This document shows positions 50,503-60,805 of a stretch of DNA of 64,000 bases, piece by piece. The position numbers were made by a program, and so were the translations under genes. The notes under the pieces are model-generated. The model did no database searches. It worked only from the letters and a program-made list of their open reading frames with translations, and was not told the DNA's origin. The number at the start of each line of letters is the position of its first letter. The first letter of the stretch is position 1. The stretch is from Setoptus koraiensis (taxonomy: Eukaryota > Animalia > Arthropoda): the NCBI GenBank assembly GCA_048013815.1, contig CM106585.1:10850001-10914000 (forward strand). The letters are read 5' to 3'.

Positions 50503-50766
50503 GTTGATGTCCTTCTGCCGGGTGTAGGTGAGATCGTGGGTGGATCTATGAGAATCTGGGACCACGATCAACTTGTCAATGCTTATAAACGTGAAAATAT
50601 CGATCCAAAGCCTTACTACTGGTACACAGATCAAAGAATGTATGGTACCTGCCCTCACGGTGGTTACGGTCTTGGATTGGAGAGGTTCATAACATACATT
50701 CTCAACAGACATCATATCAGGGATAGTGTAATATATCCACGATATGTTGGCAGATGTAAACCTTAG
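50503..50766 (+). CDS. NARS1: Asparaginyl-tRNA synthetase, exon 2 (motif 3); total 476 aa
   Basis: caacag|GTTGAT; [17 protein letters not shown]...[12 protein letters not shown]...[10 protein letters not shown]; 98-nt phase-0 intron. Confidence 0.96.
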   Translation, partial: VDVLLPGVGEIVGGSMRIWDHDQLVNAYKRENIDPKPYYWYTDQRMYGTCPHGGYGLGLERFITYILNRHHIRDSVIYPRYVGRCKP

Positions 50767-50937
50767 TTTACTAGCTAAATAATATCGGTATAGTGACACA
50801 AAAAGTTGATATACACATACTCCTCCTTGTGATTGATTACGGGCACTGTTCTATTTAATATTTTAGTTTGTTCACTTATCGAATAATTTTTCATTCGTAG
50901 TGATAGTAGTAAACATGTATTTTATTTTTACATTGAT

Positions 50938-52278
50938 TTATGTGCAGTCTGGTATCACTGGCCCTTCGTCTTCTATAATTTTATTGAACGTAGGATTATC
51001 CTCGTCGTGTTTTTCTACTAGCAACTGTAGATTTAATCGATCTTTATTGGTAGCATAAAAAGCTCTGACACTATCCGCATTTTTGGTACGCACCACCTCT
51101 GATATTGCATCAAAGTCAGTACCATAGCGCCTGATACCTTGGATGATGAGCTCAGACTCTTCAGGGGCCCAAATTCTGTTATGCTTGATTGGGGGCAATA
51201 TTTCATTCAGATTCAATGACTGACTTAATTCTTCTATCTGGCGCGCGATTGGTTGTATCTTATCCTTGATTTGTGAAACAACTTGTTTATCTGTTTGGAT
51301 TTTAGACTTTAGATTCTGTATTTTGGAATCTATTTCTTTGAGAATAATGTCGCAAGTCTGCGGACCTCCATCTACAATTCTTTGGATATCTTGGCGAGTA
51401 AAGAGCAAATTTTTCTGCATATAAAAGCAATCTCCAGTTTCTAGCTTTTCTGTCTTGGTGATTCCAGAGCGTTTGACATCTTCATAACATGCAACACAAT
51501 AATCTTTGTCTCCTGATAAGGTTATAATTGGGGCTAATATTGTACACTCATTTTTATACATGACTCTCAATTGTTTCTTGCATAAACAACATACTCCATC
51601 ATATTCCTCGTTGGAGGCGCTGCTATCAGGACTAGCCTCTCCAGCGTTGGCGTTGGATCGTTCTTTATCTCCGTTGGACTTATTTTCATCGTTGTTTTCC
51701 TCTTCTTCCTCGTCGGAAGGCACCTCACTACCTGGCTGCTTCCTCAGAGCAAAACGTCTTGTTTGTCTTTCCATGAGACTAGCTCTTGTGCGAGTTTTCT
51801 TCCAAGAATAATAATATTTGATTAGGTTGGCCATAGATTTGTCAGGTAGCATCTGTTTTATCTTCGAAAATTGTTTTTCATGGAATTGATATGCTTGTTC
51901 GAAGAGAACTTTATCTTCAACAGACCACTCATCTGGATATGGTACGAAATTCGGGAGGTCGGCATAGGCTCTATTTAGATCAAACTTATGCCAGCTCAGC
52001 ATGCCTAGGGCCTGTTCCATGTTGTAAGAGTATTTCTCTTTGGCTTTGGCTATGTATTCCTCAAGTATATGCTCAGGTATACTATTTTGGGGCGACCAAA
52101 CCTTAACGGCTTTCTCTTCCTCATATCGCTGTGGCGCCGGCGAAAAAGCTATGAATTGGGGTATGGGCGCTTGGTAATTTCGTCCTATTCTCATTCCATG
52201 ATCGTCCTTAAAGTCATCACCCGCGGTTGTCTGGCTGATGGCACGATGATTTACTAGGTGCTGATGACTGCCTGGCAT
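50938..52278 (-). CDS. RCOR: REST corepressor (CoREST/RCOR family), intronless, 446 aa
   Basis: ELM2 (MRIGRNYQAPIP...), SANT1 (EWSVEDKVLFEQAYQFH...YYYSWKKTR), coiled-coil linker, SANT2 (WAPEESELIIQGIRRYGTDF). Confidence 0.93.
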   Translation of the reverse strand: MPGSHQHLVNHRAISQTTAGDDFKDDHGMRIGRNYQAPIPQFIAFSPAPQRYEEEKAVKVWSPQNSIPEHILEEYIAKAKEKYSYNMEQALGMLSWHKFDLNRAYADLPNFVPYPDEWSVEDKVLFEQAYQFHEKQFSKIKQMLPDKSMANLIKYYYSWKKTRTRASLMERQTRRFALRKQPGSEVPSDEEEEENNDENKSNGDKERSNANAGEASPDSSASNEEYDGVCCLCKKQLRVMYKNECTILAPIITLSGDKDYCVACYEDVKRSGITKTEKLETGDCFYMQKNLLFTRQDIQRIVDGGPQTCDIILKEIDSKIQNLKSKIQTDKQVVSQIKDKIQPIARQIEELSQSLNLNEILPPIKHNRIWAPEESELIIQGIRRYGTDFDAISEVVRTKNADSVRAFYATNKDRLNLQLLVEKHDEDNPTFNKIIEDEGPVIPDCT

Positions 52279-52763
52279 GATGAAATAAAGTTGCAGGATT
52301 TTTCGTCCAGTGTGTTGATCAGGTTAAGTAACGATAGATTTGGTGATGGAATAATCTGCCTTAAAGGTAAGGTTGGTTCAAAAAGAAGGTGTCATTGAAT
52401 CTATCGGAATCGATGCTTATAGGCGCGTGTTTTTTTTTTGGGTTTCTTTTGCCTTTGTTTGAACCAACATGAGCGCGAGTTTTGAATGTACATCTCTTGA
52501 ATTTTTTAATAAGAATCGGTGTTACAGTAGACTGTCCTGGCAGAGCTGCCGGGAACACCGCTACCCGCAGGCACGCGTTTTCTCCCGTGTTCTCCCATTA
52601 TTGCCATTTCGGCATTGGGTCGGGCACAGAGCAGTACAATAGGCTCATTGCCCGCACTCTAGCAATAGTGGAAATCTGCCAATGTTTTTGTGTAACGCCA
52701 CTGATTGCACTACCCTCCTCACCATGTTCTCCCATTTTCTCCCATGTTCGCCCATCCACTCCT

Positions 52764-52873
52764 CTATTGCCCCTGTTGCCTCCATTGCGGCGATTGCCTC
52801 AATTGCGGCGATTGCCTCAATTGCGGCGATTGCCTCTATTGCGCTGATTGCCTCTATTGCCCTGATTGCCCCT
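52764..52873. repeat. 18-bp tandem repeat ATTGCGGCGATTGCCTC(A/T) in the divergent RCOR/LDLR promoter interval
   Basis: Units start at 52784, 52802, 52820, 52838 and 52856. Confidence 0.88.
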
Positions 52874-53096
52874 AATGCTCGCATGTAAAACCATGTAAAA
52901 AGTTTGAGAAGTCTTGGTAAATCTTCAAGTGCTCATTAGATTTCACGCAGCATGCCATTCATTGGCAGATTTCCACCCAGTCAGCAATATTGGCGCGGGT
53001 GAGTGAGTACATCTTCATTGTACATAAATTGTACAATAAATTGTATATAAAGTGCGTCTACCTACCTAGTCGCATAGTAATCGTCAACAAGTAATC

Positions 53097-55340
53097 ATGA
53101 CAGTAACATCAAAAACAATGTCCAAGTTATTATTATCAGTTTTTTTATTAATACAGTTGTCGTCGGTATTCGCCATCAACGAAGATTGTCCCCTTAATCA
53201 GTTTTCATGCCAAGACGGAACCTGCGTACCTCAACTATGGGTTTGTGACAGACAGCAGGACTGTGATAACGGATTTGACGAACAATCGTGTAATTCTCAC
53301 AATTGTAGCGTCGGCCACCAATTCTGTAATGATAAACACACGTGCATACCCGAGAGTTGGTTCTGCGATGGACATAAGGACTGCCCCGGCAATGAGGACG
53401 AGCTCAATTGTCACGAGAACATTTGTAAGGAAACTGAGTTTCGTTGTGACGGCAGAGTTTGTATCGATTTGCGACTCCGTTGTGACGGAATTAGACATTG
53501 CCACGACGGACAGGACGAAAAAAACTGTACTATCGCTGCCGAATCGAAAATGGCCAGGAAGTGCACAACGGACATGATAAAGTGCCCCTCGGATCAACAT
53601 TGCATCTACAACAGGGAGGTTTGCGACAATCACATCGATTGCGAAGATGGATCGGATGAGGCCAACTGCGGACACAAAAAATGCGAGACCTACGAGTTTG
53701 CGTGCCAAAATTCCAGCTCAAATTCGAAGAATGCCAAAAAATGTATTCCTCTAACGTGGCAATGTGACAACGAGAACGACTGTGGCGACTGGAGTGACGA
53801 ATTAGGCCTTCATTGTTTACCAGAGGATTACAGCCATTTCTTATCAAGCAGAAAGAAATCTTGTCGCATGGGATATTTTCCCTGCTCCCAAGGGGAGTGT
53901 ATACAGTTTAAATTTGTTTGTGACGGTCAGCACCATTGTTCTGATGGTTCGGACGAAGGCCGGAGGTGCGACTCGTCGTGTGCTACAAGCAACGGTGGTT
54001 GTGCTCAAATCTGCCGATCTACACCCTACGGACCATCCTGCGATTGTCGTGAAGGATATATGCTCAATGATGACGGAAAGACCTGTGACGATATCGACGA
54101 ATGTACCCAGTTCGGATTGTGCAGTCATTTTTGTTTCAACACCCGTGGTAGTTATAAATGCAAATGTGCCGAGGGATATGAAATATCACCGACAAACAAA
54201 CACCACTGCAAAGCAGTCAAGAGGTCAGAGGCGGCCATCTATTTCATGCTTCCCGACAAAATAATCTCTTCAGGTATTGTCAAATACGAGGAGCAACTTC
54301 TCATCAGCCCCGGTGTTTATGATATCAAAGGGATGGATTATGATCGCAACATGGGCCTTGTCTTCTGGTCGGAGCACGCGAATCGCCGGATAATGTCAAT
54401 GAAGTTAAAAGATGGTAGACTGGAACAGCTCTTTACAACTGTCTCTGGGCCCTTATACATTGCATGGGATTGGGTGAGAAAGAACATGTATTTCAGCGAT
54501 TCCGACGGATACGTGCATGTGTGCAATCGCATTTCCGGTAACTGCTCAATGATAGTACAAGACCCAGTCAACTTAACTAGCTTGGCGCTGGCGCCTAAGC
54601 ACGGTTTTATTTTCTTGGCCATCGTGGGCACTAATGGCAGGATCGAGAGAGCACGACTCGATGGTAGCGATAGGAGTATAATAGTAGCCGCAAAAATTCA
54701 CTGGCCGCGGCAAATCGTCGTCGATCAAATAATGCGGCGCATCTATTGGACCGATAGCCAGCTGGAGGAAATTTGCAGCTGCGATTATGACGGAAACCAG
54801 CGAATCAGTCTGATCTCTTTTGGACTGCCAAGACCGGTCGGTTTGGCACTGTTTGAGGACTCCCTCTTCGCGTCTAGTCTAGAAAGCAATATGTCTGAAA
54901 CTATTGATAAATTCAGTGGAACCGATAGAAAGCCCTTCAACATCCCCTTTAAATCAGAGGTAATCCGGGTCGTGCACCGATCGTTACAACCAGCTGGGCT
55001 GGAAAATTGCACCACTTCTTGCGAGCATCTTTGCATCGCTATGATGGGTCAAGACAGCTGTCTTTGCCCACCGGGAATGATGCTTGCGGATGATCTACGA
55101 AGTTGCCGTGCAGCCGATCCCATTCCGGATGATAAAACCTGGATTTGGCTCATTATCATTCTTTTGTTTATAACTGTCATCGGACTGCTCACGTTGCTGA
55201 TAATCGTCATGATGTATAAACAAGGGACATTGCCCAAGCCCCACTTTAACGGCATTGATATAAGTTCTATATCAGTAACCTTCACACCTGGCTTCAGCAA
55301 CCACGGAAAAGACGACGAAGAAATATTGATAAACGGCTAA
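53097..55340 (+). CDS. LDL-receptor family type I membrane protein (lipophorin/vitellogenin receptor-like), intronless, 747 aa
   Basis: Signal peptide, 6 LDLa repeats (C..DC.DGSDE), EGF-A/EGF-B (DIDEC), YWTD propeller (IYWTD), EGF-C, TM helix, tail of about 40 aa. Confidence 0.93.
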   Translation: MTVTSKTMSKLLLSVFLLIQLSSVFAINEDCPLNQFSCQDGTCVPQLWVCDRQQDCDNGFDEQSCNSHNCSVGHQFCNDKHTCIPESWFCDGHKDCPGNEDELNCHENICKETEFRCDGRVCIDLRLRCDGIRHCHDGQDEKNCTIAAESKMARKCTTDMIKCPSDQHCIYNREVCDNHIDCEDGSDEANCGHKKCETYEFACQNSSSNSKNAKKCIPLTWQCDNENDCGDWSDELGLHCLPEDYSHFLSSRKKSCRMGYFPCSQGECIQFKFVCDGQHHCSDGSDEGRRCDSSCATSNGGCAQICRSTPYGPSCDCREGYMLNDDGKTCDDIDECTQFGLCSHFCFNTRGSYKCKCAEGYEISPTNKHHCKAVKRSEAAIYFMLPDKIISSGIVKYEEQLLISPGVYDIKGMDYDRNMGLVFWSEHANRRIMSMKLKDGRLEQLFTTVSGPLYIAWDWVRKNMYFSDSDGYVHVCNRISGNCSMIVQDPVNLTSLALAPKHGFIFLAIVGTNGRIERARLDGSDRSIIVAAKIHWPRQIVVDQIMRRIYWTDSQLEEICSCDYDGNQRISLISFGLPRPVGLALFEDSLFASSLESNMSETIDKFSGTDRKPFNIPFKSEVIRVVHRSLQPAGLENCTTSCEHLCIAMMGQDSCLCPPGMMLADDLRSCRAADPIPDDKTWIWLIIILLFITVIGLLTLLIIVMMYKQGTLPKPHFNGIDISSISVTFTPGFSNHGKDDEEILING

Positions 55341-55809
55341 TTACAAAGAATATAAACAACAAATGCAATAATAAATTAAATATTAAGATGCTGTGCATAA
55401 GTAACCGCGCTTGCGCGCTCCTCTCAACTCCTAAGGGGAAAAATGTATTGTCTGTACAGTTTCGACATTTTATCTGAAGAGGGGAAAGCAGAAGCGCAGT
55501 GAGCAGATTCGCCGCACAGTTTTTGTATCTAACATCTTTTCTCCAGCTGAGAAGTCTCCTATTTTCAATTTCACTATTATTATCCATTTTCCGTCTGATT
55601 CACCAGGAGCTAGGATGCTACTTCTCATCATTGATCATTTTTTTCCCAAATAATTGCCTTCATTAAATCGAACCATTAGCTAACCAAGGCATTGACTATC
55701 TTTGTACACACATTCGTATCTGGACCATATTTAGAGTCAGAGATATATCTAGAACATAAAATCATAATCCATTTGCTTAATACAGTTGATAATATTCTCT
55801 CCTCTAGGT

Positions 55810-56269
55810 ATGTCCTTGCCTGCTAGGCACCGAGGCCACACACGTGACCGACTAGAGTTCAGCAACGGTAGAGAACATAATAATTCTCCAAATAGCTACC
55901 ATTATACTCAAGACAGAACGGGGAGCCGTTCTCACAACTCCAGGACCAGCTATAGAAGTAGAGATAGATCTAGGAGTCCTCGTTATAATGCTGATCACGA
56001 CAGAGACGAGCGAAGATCTGATCGGCGTGAAAATTACCCAGAATACAGGGGCCACAGCACCTCGTCCAAATATTCTAGCCACAATGATCAGCGTAGAGAC
56101 TCGGGTAGAGACAGATATCGCGATCGTGACCATGAGAGATCTCACAACAGGAATAAGATTAGCGAAGATCGTGATTTCAGGACATCGTTCCGACACGATG
56201 ATACAAAATCATCATCAACAGAAGCCAATCACGAAACCATTGATGAGATCAGCCCAACCCCAACAAACT
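55810..56269 (+). CDS. RBM5: RBM5/RBM10-like splicing factor, exon 1 (RS/RD-rich)
   Basis: RS/RD dipeptide region; donor AACT|gtaatt (phase 1) joins in frame to exon 2. Confidence 0.75.
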
Positions 56270-56552
56270 GTAATTCAAAGACACAATCATTTCTCTCTAT
56301 ATTCTATGAGATGCTAAGTACAGAATGTGTAGAATATGATATTCTTACTCCAACTTATATACCGATAGCCTATCTTATGACCATTTAGTCTTTCAACATC
56401 ACAAGTGAAACATAATGCTGATAATCAATAATTTTTATCTTGATGATCCCCTGAACGCGATTATGATGTCTATTATGTCATATCTAAATTCTACTCACAA
56501 TCTATCAATGGAATACAATCGATTTTTATAATGTTCATAACCTGTAACATAG

Positions 56553-58156
56553 GTTTGCTGTTACGCAAGCTAGCCCTCAACACTACTGAGGAGAGGATAC
56601 TGGAGAGACTCGGTAATATATCTTCCGTCGAGTTGAAGAATATAAGAGTGTTGCGAAACAAAGATGGCGAATCACGCGGCATTTGCCTAGTCGAACTTCG
56701 TTCGATTATGGAGGCTCATCAACTATACAACAGATTGACATCAATCCGACCTCCTTTTGAGATCGATAGAAATGTGATTATATCTAGTTTTGGGAGAAAA
56801 TATCCATTGTTAAAAGCGCAAGTGTCGGCATCTAGCGCAGCCACTGCAGCTCTTGAAGCTGCCCAATGGACAAATCGCTCTAGTAGCGCTCTCGAGACGG
56901 AATCACGTCTGCCCGAAGATACACCACAACGATATAACGATCCTAACCCTTTAGTAGTGTCAAAACAGGCTACTATATCTAGCCTTGGTACAATCAATAT
57001 AGATGGTTTAGTTTACAAAAAATGGCCACTTCCTGATATAACAACCTATGTTTTGGAAGAAAAATCTGGATTTTTGTACGACCATCTAACAGGATACTAT
57101 TATGACTCCAACTCTCGATACTACTACGATTCAGCAAACACTCGATACTTATATTACGACCCCGAGCACCAGGCATATCTACCCGCTGAATATTTGCTAA
57201 AGAAAAATGAATTTAAATCTGAGAAAACTGCAACACCTTCACAACCTAGTACTCAATCGAAACAGGAAAAAGTTAAAACTACATCTAAGGTAGCCAAAGA
57301 TTTGGAGAAGTGGGCTAAAACTCTCAATCAAAAAAGAGATGCATTGAAGAACCCAGAGTCATCAAATAATGTCAGTGGGGTTAAAGATACTTCGAGTAAA
57401 CAATCGTCAGAGCTCGATTTTAAGACAACACCAAAGGCGAACAACCAGAGGACATCAATTGGAAAAAATCATCGATCACTGTCACCCAAAGACTCACAGT
57501 TAAGCAAGAGGCCAGAGTTATCGCCCAAGGAAGATTCTAAAGCAACTTCGATTGATCTGAAAGCTTTGTTAAAAGAGGAGGAGGAAAAGCTTCTAGATTA
57601 TGATAAACTGACATGTTTGTTGTGTAAGAGAGTCCTAAATACCAAGGAACTGCTTATTAAGCATAGAGAGATGTCTCAGATGCATGCTTCAAATCTAGAA
57701 AAACTCAAAACGGATATGTTTACGAATGAACTCATCGAAGAATGTGAAAGACGTGATCGTGAAAGGGCTTATAGAGACAGAGCCCTTGAGAGGCGTCTCA
57801 GACATGGACTACCAGATGAAATTGTTGATATGCTTCCAGAGAGCAAGTATCTAAGAACGGAATCAGACAGAGGAACGAGAATGCAGCCAGAACCAATTCA
57901 GTCCTCTAGTGCCGAAACCCCCTTGAGTCTCGATAGCAAAGGAGCTAGCCTTCTGTCGAAAATGGGCTGGAAGGAAGGAAGTGGAATCGGTAGAAGTAAT
58001 CAAGGTATGACAGATATTTTGAAGGTTGAAGCTAGGGTCGGGAAGGCTGGTTTGGGAGTCAAAACGTATAAACACGATCCAGGAACTTCTTACAAGGAGG
58101 CGGTAAAGCAAGTCATGTATCAACGATATCGAGAACTGGCAGATGACGATAATTGA
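56553..58156 (+). CDS. RBM5: RBM5/RBM10-like splicing factor, exon 2 (RRM2-type RRM, OCRE, C2H2 finger, G-patch)
   Basis: catag|GTTTGCTG; AATAALEAAQW, OCRE aromatic repeats (GFLYDHLTGYYYDSNSRYYYD), CLLCKR...H...H, G-patch (GASLLSKMGWKEGSGIG). Confidence 0.92.
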
Positions 58157-58464
58157 TTGTCATTGATGTTAAGAGATTTAGTTAAATAAATAATAATTCT
58201 TTTGGAAATCCGTCATACCGCTCTACAAGATATGTCGTGTTTTCAGTCTGCCTCCAGATGAGCTCCACACCTTTGTTGTTGCTTTCGCGTGCGCATCGCT
58301 CCCTCTCTATTCCAATCATGAACACATGGCTCTAACACGTTTTTGCCATCTTTATTTACGGTGTTCAAAACTATTCTCATCACAACTATTATTATTATTG
58401 ATATCCTGATACTTCATTTTCATTTCTAGGAGAATATTTGAGTTGACTTGGTAACACCGACACA

Positions 58465-58707
58465 ATGGCTCAACAACAGATGTCGGAGAGCGATGGAGTT
58501 CAGCAATTCAAGGAATTTATTAAGAATTACAATAGGCTATCAGAGCTTTGCTTCGACTCTTGCATCTGGTCATTTTCAAACCGAGACATTACTTCTAAAG
58601 AGTCAGCATGCATAAATAATTGTTTTGAAAAATTTCTCAAAGTCAATCAGAGAGTATCCCAAAGATTCCAGGAACATCAGATAATGGCTAGTGAGAAGAA
58701 CAAATGA
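58465..58707 (+). CDS. TIMM9: Mitochondrial import inner membrane translocase subunit Tim9
   Basis: QFKEF..NYNRLSELCFDSC...CINNCFEKFLKVNQRVSQRFQE; twin CX3C. Confidence 0.93.
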   Translation: MAQQQMSESDGVQQFKEFIKNYNRLSELCFDSCIWSFSNRDITSKESACINNCFEKFLKVNQRVSQRFQEHQIMASEKNK

Positions 58708-58768
58708 TTAGACTATTATAAACATCGTAGATGAAAATAAAAAATTATTAGTATCAGTATTCTTTATT

Positions 58769-59506
58769 TCACAAAAATCCTTGACCGCTTGTAGTGCCAG
58801 ATTTTATATTAGTACGCAACTGGGGGGCCTTTACACCCGGCCCTCTTTGTTGGCCTGGTTGATTGGATGGGGACGGCATTACTTTATCAATGTGAGAATT
58901 TGGATTTGATTGCAGAACTCCCTTGATACCTTTACCATGGCTTATGGCTGCCACTAATTCATTTGTTTCACTTTGAATATATGTAGGCTTATTAACATTT
59001 CTCAGAGCATCAGAGTCATTATCAGGCCTTTGAGCCGTCTTTACATGATTAATTACATTGTTGATCATCTTCTCCATAGAGCTTATTTGTTTGATGGCTG
59101 CGTCGTGGCTGATATTATTTGCCTTGGTCACCAACAATTTTTCTGCCTCCTCTACATCTGTATCTGGCTTAGTTCTTAGATAATCAGGCACCATTTCATG
59201 ATTGACAGCGACCACTCTGCCCTCGGTCAGCTTGGCCAGTTCCTCATCTCGGTCCGGTGATAAAAGTAGAGGTAGCACAATACGATTGTGTAGAGGTTGA
59301 TTTTGCTTTGCATCTCGTGCTGTACGCAGTAGAGTGTTTATTTGGCCAGAAAGAACCGAGAAAGTACCCAAAACTGTAGGCCAATCCAGGGTCTCGTATT
59401 CGGTCTCTAACATAACTATAAATCTCGAGAGTGACGTTTTTACATGTTGGGTGTATCCGATGAGCCGATCTACAGTGATCTCGAACTGTTTCTCCTCTTT
59501 GTCCAT
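58769..59506 (-). CDS. MED8: Mediator subunit 8, intronless, 245 aa
   Basis: MDKEEKQ...LDWPTVLGTFSVLSGQ...PLLLSPDRDEELAKLTEGRV...HEMVPDYLRTKPD; true ATG at 59506 (the track uses an upstream TTG). Confidence 0.94.
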   Translation of the reverse strand: MDKEEKQFEITVDRLIGYTQHVKTSLSRFIVMLETEYETLDWPTVLGTFSVLSGQINTLLRTARDAKQNQPLHNRIVLPLLLSPDRDEELAKLTEGRVVAVNHEMVPDYLRTKPDTDVEEAEKLLVTKANNISHDAAIKQISSMEKMINNVINHVKTAQRPDNDSDALRNVNKPTYIQSETNELVAAISHGKGIKGVLQSNPNSHIDKVMPSPSNQPGQQRGPGVKAPQLRTNIKSGTTSGQGFL

Positions 59507-59809
59507 CAATTTTATCTCTGTAGCTCTATAGGTGGGATCTTAATGAAGAAATTAATGAATAAATTTATTTATTCACTTACAGTTTTGTTTGTTATGGCAC
59601 ATTAATTGGGTTCAGTGCTTCGTTGACCGCGAGGCGGCAGCAACGTAAAATACCACAGTGTGAACATGTGTTGTACAAAAACATGTGTTACAAGATCATT
59701 TTTAGAGGTTTGAGCTGACTGTGCAATCTCACCTTGAGTTCCAAGATTGAAATGTTTTATTCTTAGTTATGAGTAGTGCGATAAAAATTTGCGAGTGACT
59801 TGATTACCG

Positions 59810-59962
59810 ATGTCTATCGACAGAAATACAGATATCACCAGTGAAGATACACATGGAACTTGTTATGAGGACATCGACGAAGAAGAATGCGATGAAATTG
59901 TAATCGAATTTGAGGGAAATTTCGACATAACAAGTGTAGACAACAAGAACTTTAAATTCCTC
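59810..59962 (+). CDS. GTF3C6: TFIIIC subunit 6-like, exon 1
   Basis: Acidic run then EIVIEFEG...FKFL; donor CTC|gtaagt, phase 0. Confidence 0.78.
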
Positions 59963-60050
59963 GTAAGTTTTCTTTTTACGTAACTTCACAGATCTTATAA
60001 CTTTTGAATCTCGCTTACATATTTGTGTTTGATTGTGATCATCCTCTCAG

Positions 60051-60260
60051 GGCTTGGATACAGATGAACCAATATTACAGATAGGCCAAACATTCTACAA
60101 GGCTAATTTTCACAATACTATTGGAACAAGCCTAATTTTCGAATGTGACAAAGAGCAGAGACTCAAATACCTCACCAAGTCTGATAAGAAAATTATAATG
60201 AAAAGAGTGTTCCTGAAGCCCAAGGAAGATCGACAGTCTAAACAGGAAGAATCTCACTAG
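60051..60260 (+). CDS. GTF3C6: TFIIIC subunit 6-like, exon 2
   Basis: ctcag|GGCTTG; GLDTDEPILQIG...NTIGTSLIFE...KYLTKSDKKIIMKR matches the TFIIIC_sub6 pattern (GIDTERPILQVD...DTLGTCVIFE). Confidence 0.82.
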   Translation, partial: GLDTDEPILQIGQTFYKANFHNTIGTSLIFECDKEQRLKYLTKSDKKIIMKRVFLKPKEDRQSKQEESH

Positions 60261-60271
60261 ATTTGTTTATT

Positions 60272-60445
60272 ATGACTGCAACCAAACTTCGTCAGAGGTA
60301 TCCTCCTGCCTTTAAACGGTGTATGCCGGAGGCCATCGAGTACGGTCGCTGCGTTTCGGCTGCCTTAGATCTGAAACATAAAGTCTGCGATAAGGAGTTT
60401 ATAGCGCTCAAAAAATGTTTTCTCAAAGCAGTAGGATCCAAGTAA
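60272..60445 (+). CDS. NDUFAF8: Complex I assembly factor NDUFAF8-like, twin CX9C, 57 aa
   Basis: YPPAFKRCMPEAIEYGRCV...CDKEFIALKKCF, similar to human FPERLAACGAEAAAYGRCV...CAREFEALRSCF; AATAAA at 60455. Confidence 0.85.
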   Translation: MTATKLRQRYPPAFKRCMPEAIEYGRCVSAALDLKHKVCDKEFIALKKCFLKAVGSK

Positions 60446-60488
60446 TTGAAATGTAATAAAAGAATACGTAGAGATGTTGCCGCAATAA

Positions 60489-60528
60489 CTTTGCCTCGCA
60501 CCATTCGTTTTCACGCTTAACATCCGCC
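60489..60528 (-). pseudogene. Remnant copy of the SKP1 C-terminus ([13 protein letters not shown])
   Basis: Matches 60809-60848 ([13 protein letters not shown]). Confidence 0.85.
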
Positions 60529-60530
60529 AT

Positions 60531-60800
60531 AGAGACTCAAAGGCCTGACCAAGTCAGATCAGAAAATTATAATAAAACCAAAGAAAAATCGACAAAGTAA
60601 ACGGAAACAGGAACAATCTCACTAGATTTGTTTATTATGACTTCGACCAAACTTAAACAGAGGTATCCTCCTACCTTTAAACGGTGTTTGCGAGAAGCCA
60701 TTGAGTCGGTGCGTTTCGGCTGCCATAGATCTGAAACTTAGTCTTCGACAAAGAGTTTATAGCGCTCAAGAAATGTTTTCTCAAGGCAGTGGGATATTGT
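60531..60800 (+). pseudogene. Duplicated GTF3C6 3' remnant plus frameshifted NDUFAF8 pseudogene (ATG at 60637)
   Basis: Collinear with 60157-60440; 5-nt deletion after GAG (about 60705) causes a frameshift and early TAG. Confidence 0.9.
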
Positions 60801-60805
60801 TTCAA

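Noticed and set aside
53235-55300. Antisense and alternative-frame ORFs over the LDLR, CCT4, XPB, RCOR and RBM5 genes
   Set aside because: Shadow ORFs of genuine coding sequence.
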